DNA of 64,000 nucleotides from an uncultured Gemmatimonadales bacterium (GTDB lineage Bacteria > Gemmatimonadota > Gemmatimonadetes > Gemmatimonadales > Gemmatimonadaceae). Made by a program: the position numbers and the translations under genes. Numbering within the stretch: position 1 is the first letter of the stretch; every line of letters starts with the position of its first letter. Below, piece by piece: positions 30,434 through 43,925 of the stretch. Under the pieces are notes generated by a model. That model was given only the letters and a program-made list of their open reading frames with translations. It was not told the origin of the DNA and did not search any database. The DNA lies in contig CAWKMU010000003.1 in assembly GCA_963850905.1 (NCBI GenBank), forward strand, positions 1,312,001 to 1,376,000. Direction: 5' to 3'.

Positions 30434-31345
30434 TTGCCGCTGCCAGTCGACGCCGTTCGAGGGGTCGTGCTACGGGGCACGGGCGGTGTATGGGTCGTGC
30501 GTGCGGACGGAGGCGAGGTGTACAATGCCGTCCTGCGAGGGCGTCTCAAGCAGGAGAATGTGCTGAAGCTCGCGGTGGGGGACGACGTGGTCGTCGCCCT
30601 CGATGCGCGCAGTGGCCAGCCAACGATCGAGGAGATTCTGCCGAGGCGCTCGGCGCTCGCGCGACGCGCGCCAGGCGGACGGCATGGCGAGCGCATTATC
30701 GCGGCCAACCTCGACCAGGTCTTGGTCGTATTCGCCGCGGCCAGCCCGGAACCACACCGCCGGATGATCGACCGGTTTCTGGTGATCGCGGAGGCGAGTG
30801 AGCTGGCCGCGCGCATCGTGGTGAACAAGGTCGACCTCGTCGACCCCGCCCTGGTCCGCGAGGGCATCGCGGACTACGAGCGCGCCGGATATCCCGTGCA
30901 TTTCACGAGCGTGCGGACGGGGACCGGCTTGGAGCCGCTCCACGCATCACTCGCCGGTCGGACCAGCGTGGTGACCGGGCCGTCGGGGGTTGGCAAGTCC
31001 TCCCTGCTCAACGCACTTTATCCGGGACTCAAGCTCCGCGTCGGCGCGATCAGCGCGTCCGTGAACAAGGGACGGCACACCACCGTCGGCGCGTTCGCGC
31101 ACCCGTTGCCTGACGGCGGCTACGTGGTGGACACCCCCGGGCTGCGGGAAGTCGGCTTGTGGGGATTCTCGTCCGCCACGCTCGATCGCTGCTTCCCCGA
31201 GTTCCGGCCGTTCATCGGCCACTGTCGCTTCGGCGATTGCACGCACGTCGTCGAGCCTGGATGCGCCGTGCGCGAGGCAGTCACGCAGGGCGCGGTGAGC
31301 GCTGAGCGGTGGGACAGCTATGTGACGTTGAGGGAGGAGGGGTAG
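30434..31345 (+). CDS. rsgA: Ribosome small subunit-dependent GTPase A
   Basis: NKVD, GPSGVGKSS, GRHTT, DTPG and C-terminal CRFGDCTH..EPGC. Start approximate. Confidence 0.95.
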   Translation: MPLPVDAVRGVVLRGTGGVWVVRADGGEVYNAVLRGRLKQENVLKLAVGDDVVVALDARSGQPTIEEILPRRSALARRAPGGRHGERIIAANLDQVLVVFAAASPEPHRRMIDRFLVIAEASELAARIVVNKVDLVDPALVREGIADYERAGYPVHFTSVRTGTGLEPLHASLAGRTSVVTGPSGVGKSSLLNALYPGLKLRVGAISASVNKGRHTTVGAFAHPLPDGGYVVDTPGLREVGLWGFSSATLDRCFPEFRPFIGHCRFGDCTHVVEPGCAVREAVTQGAVSAERWDSYVTLREEG

Positions 31346-31356
31346 GCGGCGACGGC

Positions 31357-31380
31357 GGGCGACGCATGCGTCGTCCCTAC
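31357..31380 (-). repeat. GTAG-type REP element
   Basis: Minus strand reads GTAGGGACGACGCATGCGTCGCCC, between convergent rsgA and pdxH. Confidence 0.65.
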
Positions 31381-31420
31381 CGCTGGTTTCACCTATCGTG
31401 GTAGTTCCCGAAACCCGTCC

Positions 31421-32091
31421 TTAAGGCGACAACCGCTCTATCGTCCACACGCCGGAATCGGACCGCACGTACCGCAACCGATCGTGCAGCCGATTTGGGC
31501 GTCCTTGCCAGAACTCGACGGCAGTCGGTGACACGCGGAAGCCGCCCCAGTATGAGGGAAGGGGAGGCGGGTTCGTGTCACCGTACGTACGCGCGAGCTC
31601 GGCGACACGCGATTCGAGCGGGGCACGATCCGGGATCGCGCTCGACTGCCGCGATGCGGTCGCGCTCAGCCGGCTCAACAGCGGGCGGCTGCCAAAATAT
31701 GCCGCCGATTCCCTGGTCGAGGTGCGGGTGACGGTGCCGGTGATGCGCACTTGCCGCTCGAGCGGCGACCAGTAAAAGACGAGAGCCGCGCGCGGGTTGT
31801 GCGACAGCTCGACGCCCTTCTGGCTCCGATAGTCCGTGTAGAACACGAACCCCCGCGCGTCCACACCCTTGAGCAGCACGACACGCGCCGACGGCGCCCC
31901 ATCGGGTCCGGCTGTGGCGAGCGTCATGGCATTGACGTCTGGCACGGCTGCCGCCTGCGCCTCAGCAAACCACCGCTCGAACTGTGGGATCGGATCGGGA
32001 TCGACATCCCGCTCCGTCAGCGTGGCGCGGGCGTAGTCGCGACGGAGCGCTGCGAGTGCGTCGGACGGAGCAGGATCGAGCGCCATGCGGC

Positions 32092-32095
<4 letters not shown>
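31421..32095 (-). CDS. pdxH: Pyridoxamine 5'-phosphate oxidase
   Basis: LRRDY, AMTLAT, RVVLLK, RQVRI and [13 protein letters not shown]. Alternative ATG at 32086. Confidence 0.97.
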
Positions 32096-35329
<3,234 letters not shown>

Positions 35330-35386
35330 GTCGAGCGAGCCCGTCGACCGCGCGACGCGACGCTCCGCGTGCGGACTCCGTGGGCG

Positions 35387-36629
35387 TCAGGACGGCAGCA
35401 CCCTGTCGAGCGCGTCGAGCAGTGTATCCACGTCAGCATCGCTGTGGGCCGCGCTCGCCGTAATGCGCAGGCGCGAGGTACCCGCCGGGACGGTCGGCGG
35501 CCGCACTGCGCCCACCAGCACCCCACGATCCCTGAGCGCCGCGCCGAGGCGCACGACCGTGTCGGCATCACCGACGGGGACCGGGACGACATGGCCCTCT
35601 GGATCGCCGGGCGCGGGCCAGCCCCGCGCCGCCAGGCCCTGGCGAATTCGTCGAGCGACGGCGCGCAGCCGATCGCGGCGCCAAGGCTCGGCGCGCGCGA
35701 TTCTCAGCGCCGCCAGTGCGGCGGCGGCGAAGGCCGGCGGCAGGGCAGTCGTGAATACGAACGCTCGGCTGCGATTGAGCAGGTACTCGACGAGTGTACG
35801 AGACCCGCTGACGAACGCGCCCGCTACGCCGAATGCTTTCCCCAGCGTGCCCATCACGACGTCGATCCGCCCCTCGAGCCCCCAGTGCTCTGCGCTGCCG
35901 CGGCCGTGGCGACCCAGCACGCCCGTGCCATGCGCATCATCGACGAAAACCCAGCTGCCGTGCCGGCGGGCGATGGCAACGATGCGATCGAGCGGCGCGC
36001 GATCCCCATCCATTCGAAAACACGCCCTCCGTCACGATGAGTCGACGGGCGAACCGTGTGCCGTCCACCGCCAATGCGGCGTCCAGCGCGGCGGGGTCGG
36101 CGTGGGCGACGACACGTACCTCGGCACGTGACAGCCGGCAGGCATCGATGAGGGATGCATGATTGAGTGCATCGCTGTAGATGACGTCGCCGCGTCCGAC
36201 GAGCGCTGGGATGGTCCCGATATTGGCGAGGTATCCGCTGCCGAACAACAGAGCGGCGTCCGCTTGCTTGAACCGCGCGAGGTCCAGCTCGAGGGCCTCG
36301 TGAAGGGGATGGTTCCCGCTGATCAAGCGCGCGGCGGCGGCCCCCGTCCCGTCGCGGGTCAGCGCCGCCGCCGCGGCTCTCGCGAGTCGGGGATCGGAAG
36401 CCAGTCCCAGATAGTCATTGGATGAGAAGTCCAGCGCCGCCCGATCGTCGACGGTGATGCGAGACCCGGTCCGCCGCTGCACACGATGCAGCGCGCGCCT
36501 CAGGCCGGCCCGAGTGAGGGCCTCGAGCTCGCCTGCGAGCGTGTGTTCCAGCGACTCGGGTGCATCGAGGACGCCGATGCCGGCGGACTGCGGCAGATAC
36601 GGCCCTGGGTCGCCACGTTCAGTGGACAT
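35387..36629 (-). CDS. bioF: 8-amino-7-oxononanoate synthase, frameshifted at ~36013
   Basis: FSSNDYLGL and NHASLID in one frame; MDGD, DDAH, GTLGKAFG and RPPTVP in the next. An extra A splits VFS|MDGD. Confidence 0.93.
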
Positions 36630-38421
36630 GCGACGCCGCCGGCTGCTCGACCGCCTGCCGAAGCTGGTCGATCTCGTACGGCTTCACGAGCACGGTCGTC
36701 GTCACATGCGCGGCATCTGCGAAGTCATCGGGCAGCGCCGTGCTGTCCCCGGTCGAGACGATATAGCGTGTGGTCTGGCAGCGCGGGAGCGCTCGCAGCT
36801 GACGAATGACCTCGCCGCCGTCGAGCCCGGGCATGCGCAGATCGCAGATCACGATGTCAAACGACTGGTGATGGGCGAGCTCGATCGCTCGCGTGCCGTT
36901 GGGGGTCGTCGTGACGGAATGGCCTCGAGCGGAGAAGTAGCGATCCAGCACCTCGAGGATGGCCTTCTCGTCATCGACGACGAGGATGCGCAGAGGGACT
37001 GCGGCGCGGCTGACGCTGGCCGGCCGCTCCACCGCCCCGGCAACACGATGCACCGGGCTCCTGGGCGCGGGCCCCGCGAGCGGCACCGCCACGCCAGCGT
37101 CGCTGGCCGGTGTCGGCGCGCGTGAGAACGCGCCTGTGGTAGCGGGCGGCGGTGGCGCAGGTGCCGCCTGGTCGCGCGCAGTCACCGCCGGCAGACGCAC
37201 GATGAACCGGGTGCCGCGGCCGACCTGCGTCTCCAGATCGATGGTGCCGCCGTACGTCGTCACGATGCCGTGGACGACCGCAAGTCCAAGACCTGTACCC
37301 TCGCCCTCCTCCTTACTCGTCCAGAACGGATCCCAGATACGAGCGCGATACTCCTCAGGGATGCCGGGTCCGTTGTCCTCGACTTCGAGCGTCACGATGC
37401 CGTCGTGGGCGGCCGTCCGGATGGTGATGGCAGGAGCTGCCGGCGAGGCATTGCCGTGTGTGGCGCTCGGCTCGTCAATCGCTTGCTCGAGTGCCTGCCT
37501 CGCATTGACGACGAGGTTGAGGACGACTTGTTCGAGTTGCGACGCCTGCGCCAAGACTGGTGGCAACGCTGCGGCGAGCGAGAGTGTCCGCCGGATGCCG
37601 CGGGTCTCGATCTGGTACCGCTGCGCGTCGAGGATGTAGCGCACGACTTCGTTGAGATCGACCGCCTCGCGCCGCTCGTGTTCGTGGCGGCGTGAAAACG
37701 CAAGGAGGTCTCGCACGATGCGCGCCGCACGTTGGGCCTCGTGATTGATCGTCTCGAGGCCACTCCGGTCCTCGTCGCTGAGCGTTTGTCGCAGCATCAG
37801 CTGCGCGAATCCGCCGATGGCTGCCAGTGGATTGTTGAGCTCATGCGCGACGCCTGCCAGCATGTGCCCAAGGCTCGCCATCCGCTCACTGCGCCGGACC
37901 AGCTCTTCCTGGCGCGCGCGGTCGGTGATGTCCTCGGTCATCCCCTCGAGGGCGATCGCGTTGCCGCGCCCGTCCTTCACGACCTGCAGTGAGAGCCGCA
38001 CGAGAATGGGCGCGCCGTCGTGGCGGCGCCAGCGAACTTCAGTCCATCCTCGATGCTCATCGCCCAATGCGACGCCGAGAATCCGCTGATGGTCGGCGGG
38101 ATCGTAGTAGACGGCTCCGGCCGGCTCGGCCAGAAGCGATGCTGCTGACGGATGGCCGAGCGTGTGGACCAGCGCTGGGTTGACGTCGGTGAAGCGACCG
38201 TCCAGCGCCGCACGGAAGATGCCGGACGCGGCGCGATGTACGAGCGCCCGGTAGCGATCCTCCGTCGCCCGCATCTCGTCTTCGGCTTCCTCGCGGGCCG
38301 TCATGTAGTCGAGCAGGATTTCGCGGAGCGAGCTCAGGTCGCGCTCGAGGCGCAGGATGGTCCGATCCCGGTCGGCGAGGGCGTCGGCGTCCCGAGGAGC
38401 CGACAACGTCGGCTCGCTCAC
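36619..38421 (-). CDS. Cytoplasmic PAS-domain hybrid sensor histidine kinase/response regulator
   Basis: PAS region; AHELNNPL, NLVVNA, DNGPG, GTGLGL; receiver VDDE...DLRMPG...KP. Confidence 0.95.
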   Translation of the reverse strand: MSEPTLSAPRDADALADRDRTILRLERDLSSLREILLDYMTAREEAEDEMRATEDRYRALVHRAASGIFRAALDGRFTDVNPALVHTLGHPSAASLLAEPAGAVYYDPADHQRILGVALGDEHRGWTEVRWRRHDGAPILVRLSLQVVKDGRGNAIALEGMTEDITDRARQEELVRRSERMASLGHMLAGVAHELNNPLAAIGGFAQLMLRQTLSDEDRSGLETINHEAQRAARIVRDLLAFSRRHEHERREAVDLNEVVRYILDAQRYQIETRGIRRTLSLAAALPPVLAQASQLEQVVLNLVVNARQALEQAIDEPSATHGNASPAAPAITIRTAAHDGIVTLEVEDNGPGIPEEYRARIWDPFWTSKEEGEGTGLGLAVVHGIVTTYGGTIDLETQVGRGTRFIVRLPAVTARDQAAPAPPPPATTGAFSRAPTPASDAGVAVPLAGPAPRSPVHRVAGAVERPASVSRAAVPLRILVVDDEKAILEVLDRYFSARGHSVTTTPNGTRAIELAHHQSFDIVICDLRMPGLDGGEVIRQLRALPRCQTTRYIVSTGDSTALPDDFADAAHVTTTVLVKPYEIDQLRQAVEQPAASHVH

Positions 38422-39647
38422 GTTTGGGTCGTGGTCGGAGCAGCCTGGGACGCCGCGGACATGGTGCGATATATGTACACGCCGGCCTGGAGTGACGTCT
38501 CGGCATCGCGCGGAGCTGAGTCGGCATCCGCCGCCACGCGGGCCAGGGCAGCATCAATCGACGCGCGGGCCGGGCTCTTCGTGCACACCGGGTCTGCGTT
38601 GCGCGCGTCGCCCGTCACCTGGAAGGCCTGACATCGGCAGCCGCCGAAATCGACCGTGCGGCGTTCGCAGCTGCGACACGGTTCCTGCATCCAGTCATTG
38701 CCGCGAAAGGCGTTGAAGGCCGCCGATTGCCGCCAAATCCACTCGAGCGAGTGATCGCGCACACTGTCGAACGTGAGGGACTCGATCTGCCAGGCGGCCT
38801 GACACGGCAGCACACGCCCGTCGGGCGCCACGACGATGTAAACGGCACCCCACCCGCCCATGCACGGCTTCGGATAGGTCTGGTAGTAATCGGGCAGCAC
38901 GTACAGAATCTGCATGCGTCCGCGGTAACGTGCGATGGCCGATTCGACCACCGCTTCGGCCCGTGCGAGTTGTTCACGCGTCGGAAGCAGGCGATCTCGA
39001 TTCAGGGTGGCCCACCCGTAGTACTGCGTATTCGCGAGCTCCAATCGATCGGCGCCAAGCGACCCCGCCAGGTCGATGATGTCAGCGAGATGGTCGAGGT
39101 TGGCGCGGTGCAGCACGACGTTGACGGAAAAGGCGACGCCAAGCTCGCCGACGAGAGCGGCCGCAGCGAGCTTCTTGTCGACCGATGTGAGGCCGGCAAT
39201 GCGCTCCGCACCGGCTCGATCCGAGTCCTGGAACGAGATCTGGATGTGATCGAGGCCAGCGTCCCCCAGTTTTCGGGCTCGCTCCCTGGTGAGTCCGAGT
39301 CCCGACGTCACGAGCGTCGTGTACAGGCCGACGTCATGAGCGTGAGCCACCAGCTGTTCGAGGTCTTTCCGTAGCAGCGGCTCGCCCCCGGACAACCCGA
39401 GTTGGAGCACACCGAGAGCACGCGCTTCGCTCACGACCCGCTGCCAATCCGCGGTCGAGAGCTCCGCGCGAGACCGGAGCAAGTCGATCGGGTTGGAACA
39501 GTAGGGGCAGTGCAGCGGACAGCGATACGTCAGCTCCGCCAGCAATGTCGTCGGCCGCATGGCGTCCGTGCCCCGAGGCCCGACGGCCGCGGGCGCGGCG
39601 TCGGGTGCGCGGGTGTGGGCAGTGCCCGAGACGACATCACGCGGCAT
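38418..39647 (-). CDS. pqqE: PqqA peptide cyclase (radical SAM/SPASM)
   Basis: AELTYRCPLHCPYCSNP, ANTQYYGWA, KPCMGGWG and DFGGCRCQAF. Alternative start 39560. Confidence 0.96.
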   Translation of the reverse strand: MPRDVVSGTAHTRAPDAAPAAVGPRGTDAMRPTTLLAELTYRCPLHCPYCSNPIDLLRSRAELSTADWQRVVSEARALGVLQLGLSGGEPLLRKDLEQLVAHAHDVGLYTTLVTSGLGLTRERARKLGDAGLDHIQISFQDSDRAGAERIAGLTSVDKKLAAAALVGELGVAFSVNVVLHRANLDHLADIIDLAGSLGADRLELANTQYYGWATLNRDRLLPTREQLARAEAVVESAIARYRGRMQILYVLPDYYQTYPKPCMGGWGAVYIVVAPDGRVLPCQAAWQIESLTFDSVRDHSLEWIWRQSAAFNAFRGNDWMQEPCRSCERRTVDFGGCRCQAFQVTGDARNADPVCTKSPARASIDAALARVAADADSAPRDAETSLQAGVYIYRTMSAASQAAPTTTQT

Positions 39648-39915
39648 CGTGGACCAGCTCGCGGTCGACCAGCTGGCCGAGGTAGGCGGCGACATCCGCG
39701 CTCACATCGGCATCGTATTTCGAACCGAGCGCCGTCGCGATCTCGTTCACTGTCCGCGTGCCATCGCAGAGCGCGAGGATCTCGGCGCCCGTATCGTTGA
39801 GGAGCATGGCGCCTTCGGGGTAGAGCAGCACACGACGTTTCCGGACCGGGTCGAAATCGAGGCGAGCCAAACGCCAGAGTCGAGGTCGCGCGGTGAGGGC
39901 CAGCGGCTCGCTCAT
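39637..39915 (-). CDS. pqqD: PqqA-binding chaperone (RRE domain)
   Basis: VLLYPEG..LN..GAEIL.LCDG pattern; lies between pqqC and pqqE. Confidence 0.95.
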   Translation of the reverse strand: MSEPLALTARPRLWRLARLDFDPVRKRRVLLYPEGAMLLNDTGAEILALCDGTRTVNEIATALGSKYDADVSADVAAYLGQLVDRELVHDAA

Positions 39916-39925
39916 GGCTCTGCGC

Positions 39926-40675
39926 TCAATCGCTGTATGCGTGGTGGATGGTGTCGATCAGGACCCAGAGCATCTCGATCTTGAACGCCAGTGCGGCAAA
40001 TGCTCGCCGTTGTGACTCCACGGTCCTGCAATGGGCGGTCACGATGGCGATTCCCTGCGAGCTGTCGCGCGGAGCCTGGATCAGCCGGGATCGAAAGTAT
40101 TCCAGTCCGCCGGCGTCGACCCACGGGTAGTGGCGTGGGAAGGCCGCGAGCCGTTCATGCATGAGCGTGGGCGCGAAGAGCTCGGTCAGCGAGCTGGCGA
40201 CGGCTTCGACCCACCCATGCGTCTTGCAGAAGGTCACATACGACTCGGCAGCGATTCGGACGCCGGGGAGGACATGCCGTTCGTCCTCCATTTCCTCTCG
40301 CGGGACACCGAACGCCTCGCCGAGTCGAATCCACAACTCAATGCCACCACTGTTGGGTTCGGTCCCATCGTGGTCGACGATGCGCTGCAGCCACAGGCGC
40401 CGCACCGCGGGATCGGGACAATTCGAAATGATCGCTGCGTCCTTGCGCGGAATGGCCCGTTGATAGGCCAGTCGATTGGAGACCCACCCTTGAAGTTGGC
40501 GCTTGCTCAGCGCCCCTTCGCGCATGAGTTGGTGGAAGGGGTGGACCGCATAGTACGATCGGCTGAACGCACGAAGCGCAGCGACCAACGCGTCGCTCGC
40601 CAGCGGAGCGTCCAGCGACGGGATTGGTGGTGGCGGCGGCGCCGCCAACGTGGAGGGCGCAGCGGTGGCGGACAT
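39926..40675 (-). CDS. pqqC: Pyrroloquinoline-quinone synthase
   Basis: HPFH, NR..YQ..IP.KDAAI.SNCPD, RIVDHDG, SSLTELFAP and YF..RL.QAPRD motifs. Confidence 0.96.
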   Translation of the reverse strand: MSATAAPSTLAAPPPPPIPSLDAPLASDALVAALRAFSRSYYAVHPFHQLMREGALSKRQLQGWVSNRLAYQRAIPRKDAAIISNCPDPAVRRLWLQRIVDHDGTEPNSGGIELWIRLGEAFGVPREEMEDERHVLPGVRIAAESYVTFCKTHGWVEAVASSLTELFAPTLMHERLAAFPRHYPWVDAGGLEYFRSRLIQAPRDSSQGIAIVTAHCRTVESQRRAFAALAFKIEMLWVLIDTIHHAYSD

Positions 40676-40743
40676 GGCTCGTCTTAACTTAACGCGAAGC
40701 CCAGCCCTCCGGTGTCAGTATGTATCGTCGTGGGCGTCGCTCG

Positions 40744-41052
40744 TCAGCCCACCACGCTGGTGTCTGTCGGGTTGAATCCTGCGCGGCGCAGCGCCTCCAT
40801 GACGTGACATCGGACATCGTGGGGCGCGCAGGTCGTGCACTGACAATTCGCGACCGCGTCGAGAAACGCCTTCTCGAAATCGTAGTGTGGATAGCACTTC
40901 GAGCACAGCGCGAGATGGGTCCGCACGGCCTCCATCTTCTCCGGCCCCAACTCCGCGTCGAGATAGTCCCAGAGCTGTTGCAGCACGCTCGTGCAATCCA
41001 CTGCCCCTCGCGGGGACGACGGTGCGCAAGGATCCGGTGGGCGGTCTGTCAT
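40744..41052 (-). CDS. Soluble ZAS (zf-HC2) anti-sigma factor, RsrA/RshA-like
   Basis: DC..V...LWDYLDAEL...HLALCSKC; no transmembrane segment; 3 nt downstream of an ECF sigma. Confidence 0.88.
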   Translation of the reverse strand: MTDRPPDPCAPSSPRGAVDCTSVLQQLWDYLDAELGPEKMEAVRTHLALCSKCYPHYDFEKAFLDAVANCQCTTCAPHDVRCHVMEALRRAGFNPTDTSVVG

Positions 41053-41055
41053 AGG

Positions 41056-41667
41056 CTACGGGTTGGGGTGCGGTACCGAGTGCGGCGCCGCGGTCGCGGG
41101 GCTCGCAATACCGGCATCACGGGCGTACACGGCCAGGGCGCGTTGGAGCAAACGCCGGCCACGGAATAGGCGAGAGCGCACCGTCCCGATCGGGACCCCC
41201 AGGATCTCGGATGCCGCCTCATACGACTGATCCTCGACGTCGACCAGAGTCACCGCGGAGCGAAAGGGCTCCGCGAGCTCCTTGAGGGCGGTGGCCAGGG
41301 CCGGTCCAAGATCGAGGCGGGCGAGCAGGTGGTCGTCGCCGGTGTTTGCTCCCGACGTCTCCGCAAGCTGGGACGCCACGGCCTCGACATCGCCATCCTC
41401 GAGCTCGACCTGGTGCCGGGCACGTTCACGCGTCCGCAGAAAGGCGTTGCGGCAGATGGTGAACAACCAGCGCCGGGCGTCGCTCCCCCGCTCGAACGTG
41501 TGCCACGATCGATAGGCCCGCATGAATGTTTCCTGCACAATGTCGTCCGCATCCGCCTCGTTCCGCGTCAAGGACAGGGCGAATCGGTAGACATCGTCGA
41601 GCCACGGGAGCGCCTCTCGCTCGAAGCTGAGGTCGGACTCCCGCTGTTCTGCCGCGGTCAGCGCCAT
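41056..41667 (-). CDS. ECF sigma factor (SigR/SigH-like)
   Basis: DADDIVQETFMRAYR, WLFTICRN and SYEAASEILGVPIGTVRSRLFRGR. Confidence 0.93.
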   Translation of the reverse strand: MALTAAEQRESDLSFEREALPWLDDVYRFALSLTRNEADADDIVQETFMRAYRSWHTFERGSDARRWLFTICRNAFLRTRERARHQVELEDGDVEAVASQLAETSGANTGDDHLLARLDLGPALATALKELAEPFRSAVTLVDVEDQSYEAASEILGVPIGTVRSRLFRGRRLLQRALAVYARDAGIASPATAAPHSVPHPNP

Positions 41668-41810
41668 GCCTCGAATGTAGCAGGGGACCATCAATTTGGT
41701 TCCGGGAGGGATGCCCCTTGAAATCACCCTTGCCGGATCCGATCTTGCAGAACCTGCAGCAGGGTCGCCGGTCGCTCCGGCGAGCAGTTTCCTCTACTCG
41801 CGAGGTGCGC

Positions 41811-41885
41811 ATGCGCTGGGAGAAGCCGGAGTTCGAAGTCGTCGACGTGACGATGGAAGTCACCGCCTACGTCGCACGACGATAA
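41811..41885 (+). CDS. pqqA: PQQ precursor peptide
   Basis: Not in ORF track. MRWEKPEFEVVDVTMEVTAYVARR (24 aa) has the M-W-KP-F start and the E-x3-Y (EVTAY) core. GAGGTG RBS upstream; directly before pqqB. Confidence 0.95.
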   Translation: MRWEKPEFEVVDVTMEVTAYVARR

Positions 41886-41893
41886 GCACAAGG

Positions 41894-41917
41894 GGGCCCG
41901 CCAACGCGGGCCCTTTT
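41894..41917 (+). terminator. Hairpin/intrinsic terminator between pqqA and pqqB
   Basis: GGGCCCGC-caac-GCGGGCCC-TTTT. Confidence 0.8.
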
Positions 41918-41983
41918 CGTGTGCGGTGATGTCGGGTTGCCCGGCGATTCTCCGCCGGGCGCCCTGATCCAGCGGGACGTGTC

Positions 41984-42923
41984 GTGGATATCATCCTGCT
42001 CGGCACCGCCGCCGGCGGCGGCTTCCCTCAGTGGAACTGCTGGTGCCCGGGGTGCCGCGTCGCGCGGACCGATCCTTCTCGGGCCCACCCGCGGACACAG
42101 TCATCCGTCGCTGTCAGTGCGGACGGAGCGCGCTGGACCCTGATCAATGCGTCGCCTGACGTGCGCGACCAGCTCGACCGTATCGGCCGTCCACATCCGG
42201 CGAACGGCATCATGCGGAGATGTGCCGGTCGAGGCCGTCGTATTGACGGACGCCGAGCTGGATCACTCGCTCGGTCTCGTGCTGCTTCGCGAGGCTCGAG
42301 CGATGACCGTCTACGCGACGCAGGGCGTGCTCAATGTGCTGGAGCGGGATTCGCGTATCCTCCCGACCGTGCGCGCATTCGCGAACGTCGCGATCGTCCC
42401 ACTGCCCCTCGATCGCGAGGTCGCACTACTCGATCGATCGGGCAATGCAATGGGGATAACGATCGAGGCGTTCGCGGTCGATGGCGACGCTCCGCGATTC
42501 GCGAGTGCCGACTCGGTCGGTCTGACAACTGGGCTGTTGATTCGCGATGGAACGTCCCTCAGCGCAGCGTACGTCCCCGGGTGCGGGGCGTTGACGCAGC
42601 CCGTGATCGCGCGCATCAAGGACGCGCAAGCGCTGCTGTTCGACGGCACCTTCTGGTCCGACGACGAGCTCATCACGCTCGGCATCTCGCCGAGGCGCGC
42701 GCGAGACATGGGCCACCTGCCAATCGGCGGCCGGGATGGCAGCCTGGCCGCGCTGACGACATTGGAACCAGGCCCGATCGTGTTCTACACGCACATCAAC
42801 AACACCAATCCGATCCTGATCGAGGACAGTCCGGAGCGCCGGATCCTCGAAGCGGCCGGGGCGCACGTCGGCCGTGATGGGCAACGGCTCACCACAAGTG
42901 GTCAGGTCGGAGCGGGCGGCTAG
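41984..42923 (+). CDS. pqqB: PQQ biosynthesis protein B (metallo-beta-lactamase fold), frameshifted at ~42218
   Basis: LGTAAGGGFPQWNC, RTQSS and NASPD in one frame; LTDAELDH, DGTFW, MGHLP and HINNTNP in the next. One extra A. Confidence 0.93.
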
Positions 42924-43040
42924 GGGTCGACTTGGGGCACACGACGTCGTGGCTCGCCTTCTTTATTTGATCGGTACGAGCCGTGCCATTTGCTTTCATT
43001 CTCTGGGCCTAACTTCCGGATCTCTAACCCTCCTGCCGTA

Positions 43041-43493
43041 ATGCGTCCTCCCAGCGTCGTCACCGCCACCTGGAACGGCGAGCACCGCTTCGACATTCGC
43101 CGTGCCGGCGCAACCGTGTCCTCGCACATCGACGCCAAAGGCGTGACCGGGCCATCGCCGGTCGACGCGATGCTGGGCGCACTCGCGACCTGCGCAGCGG
43201 TGGACGCGCTCGACATCCTGGTGAAGCGGCGGACCCCGGCTGAGCGTTTATCGGTGAAAGTCACGGCTGATCGTGCGGACGCCGTTCCAGCGCGAGTCAC
43301 TCGGGTGCTCTTGGAGTACACGATCGACGGGGCCGGAATCGAGCGAGAGGCGGCCGAGCGAGCCGTCGACCTCGCCGTCTCGAAGTACTGTTCGGTTCGC
43401 AGCTCGCTCGATCCGACGATCCCGGTAGTGATTTCCGTGACGCTCAATGGTGAAGGCGGCGCCGAGAAGGTGACGGCCAGTCATGCCGCCTGA
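43041..43493 (+). CDS. OsmC family protein (YhfA-like)
   Basis: GPSPVD.MLGALATC...KYCSV two-Cys pattern. Confidence 0.9.
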   Translation: MRPPSVVTATWNGEHRFDIRRAGATVSSHIDAKGVTGPSPVDAMLGALATCAAVDALDILVKRRTPAERLSVKVTADRADAVPARVTRVLLEYTIDGAGIEREAAERAVDLAVSKYCSVRSSLDPTIPVVISVTLNGEGGAEKVTASHAA

Positions 43494-43839
43494 ACCTTTG
43501 CGCCCGGCGATCGTCGACCCATACGCGCGCCACGTGCTCATCTGTACCGGAGGGTTTTGCTCGCCAGACCGGGGCGGCCGGGCGCTCTACTCTCGGCTTG
43601 CCGAGCTACTCGAACGCGAGGACCTGCTGTTCGGTCCTACTCGCGTCAAGCGCGGCGAAACGCCGTGTCTCGGCGTGTGTGGCGGCGGCCCGGTCATGGT
43701 CGTGTACCCGGAGGGGGTATGGTACGCGGGGGTCACGCCAGCCCTGCTCGAACGCATTGTCGTTGAGCATCTCAAGCAGGGGCGGGTCGTTGAGGAGGCC
43801 GTGGCGTTTCGATTGGGGGTCGGTTTCCCTGACCCCTGA
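43483..43839 (+). CDS. Thioredoxin-like [2Fe-2S] ferredoxin
   Basis: HVLICTGGFC...CLGVCGGGP.MVVYPEGVWY...IVVEHL. Confidence 0.92.
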   Translation: MPPEPLRPAIVDPYARHVLICTGGFCSPDRGGRALYSRLAELLEREDLLFGPTRVKRGETPCLGVCGGGPVMVVYPEGVWYAGVTPALLERIVVEHLKQGRVVEEAVAFRLGVGFPDP

Positions 43840-43925
43840 TCCCGGACCCCCGGTCCCTTGTATTTTTGATTGCTGGCCTGACCGTCTGAGCGTCTGCTCA
43901 TCGGTTTTCCCTCTCTCCGAGCCCC

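Noticed and set aside
40715..41029. Alternative 104-aa ORF over the anti-sigma, or a second precursor peptide upstream of pqqC
   Set aside because: Out-of-frame overlap with a clear ZAS gene and no PqqA-like start or ExxxY core.
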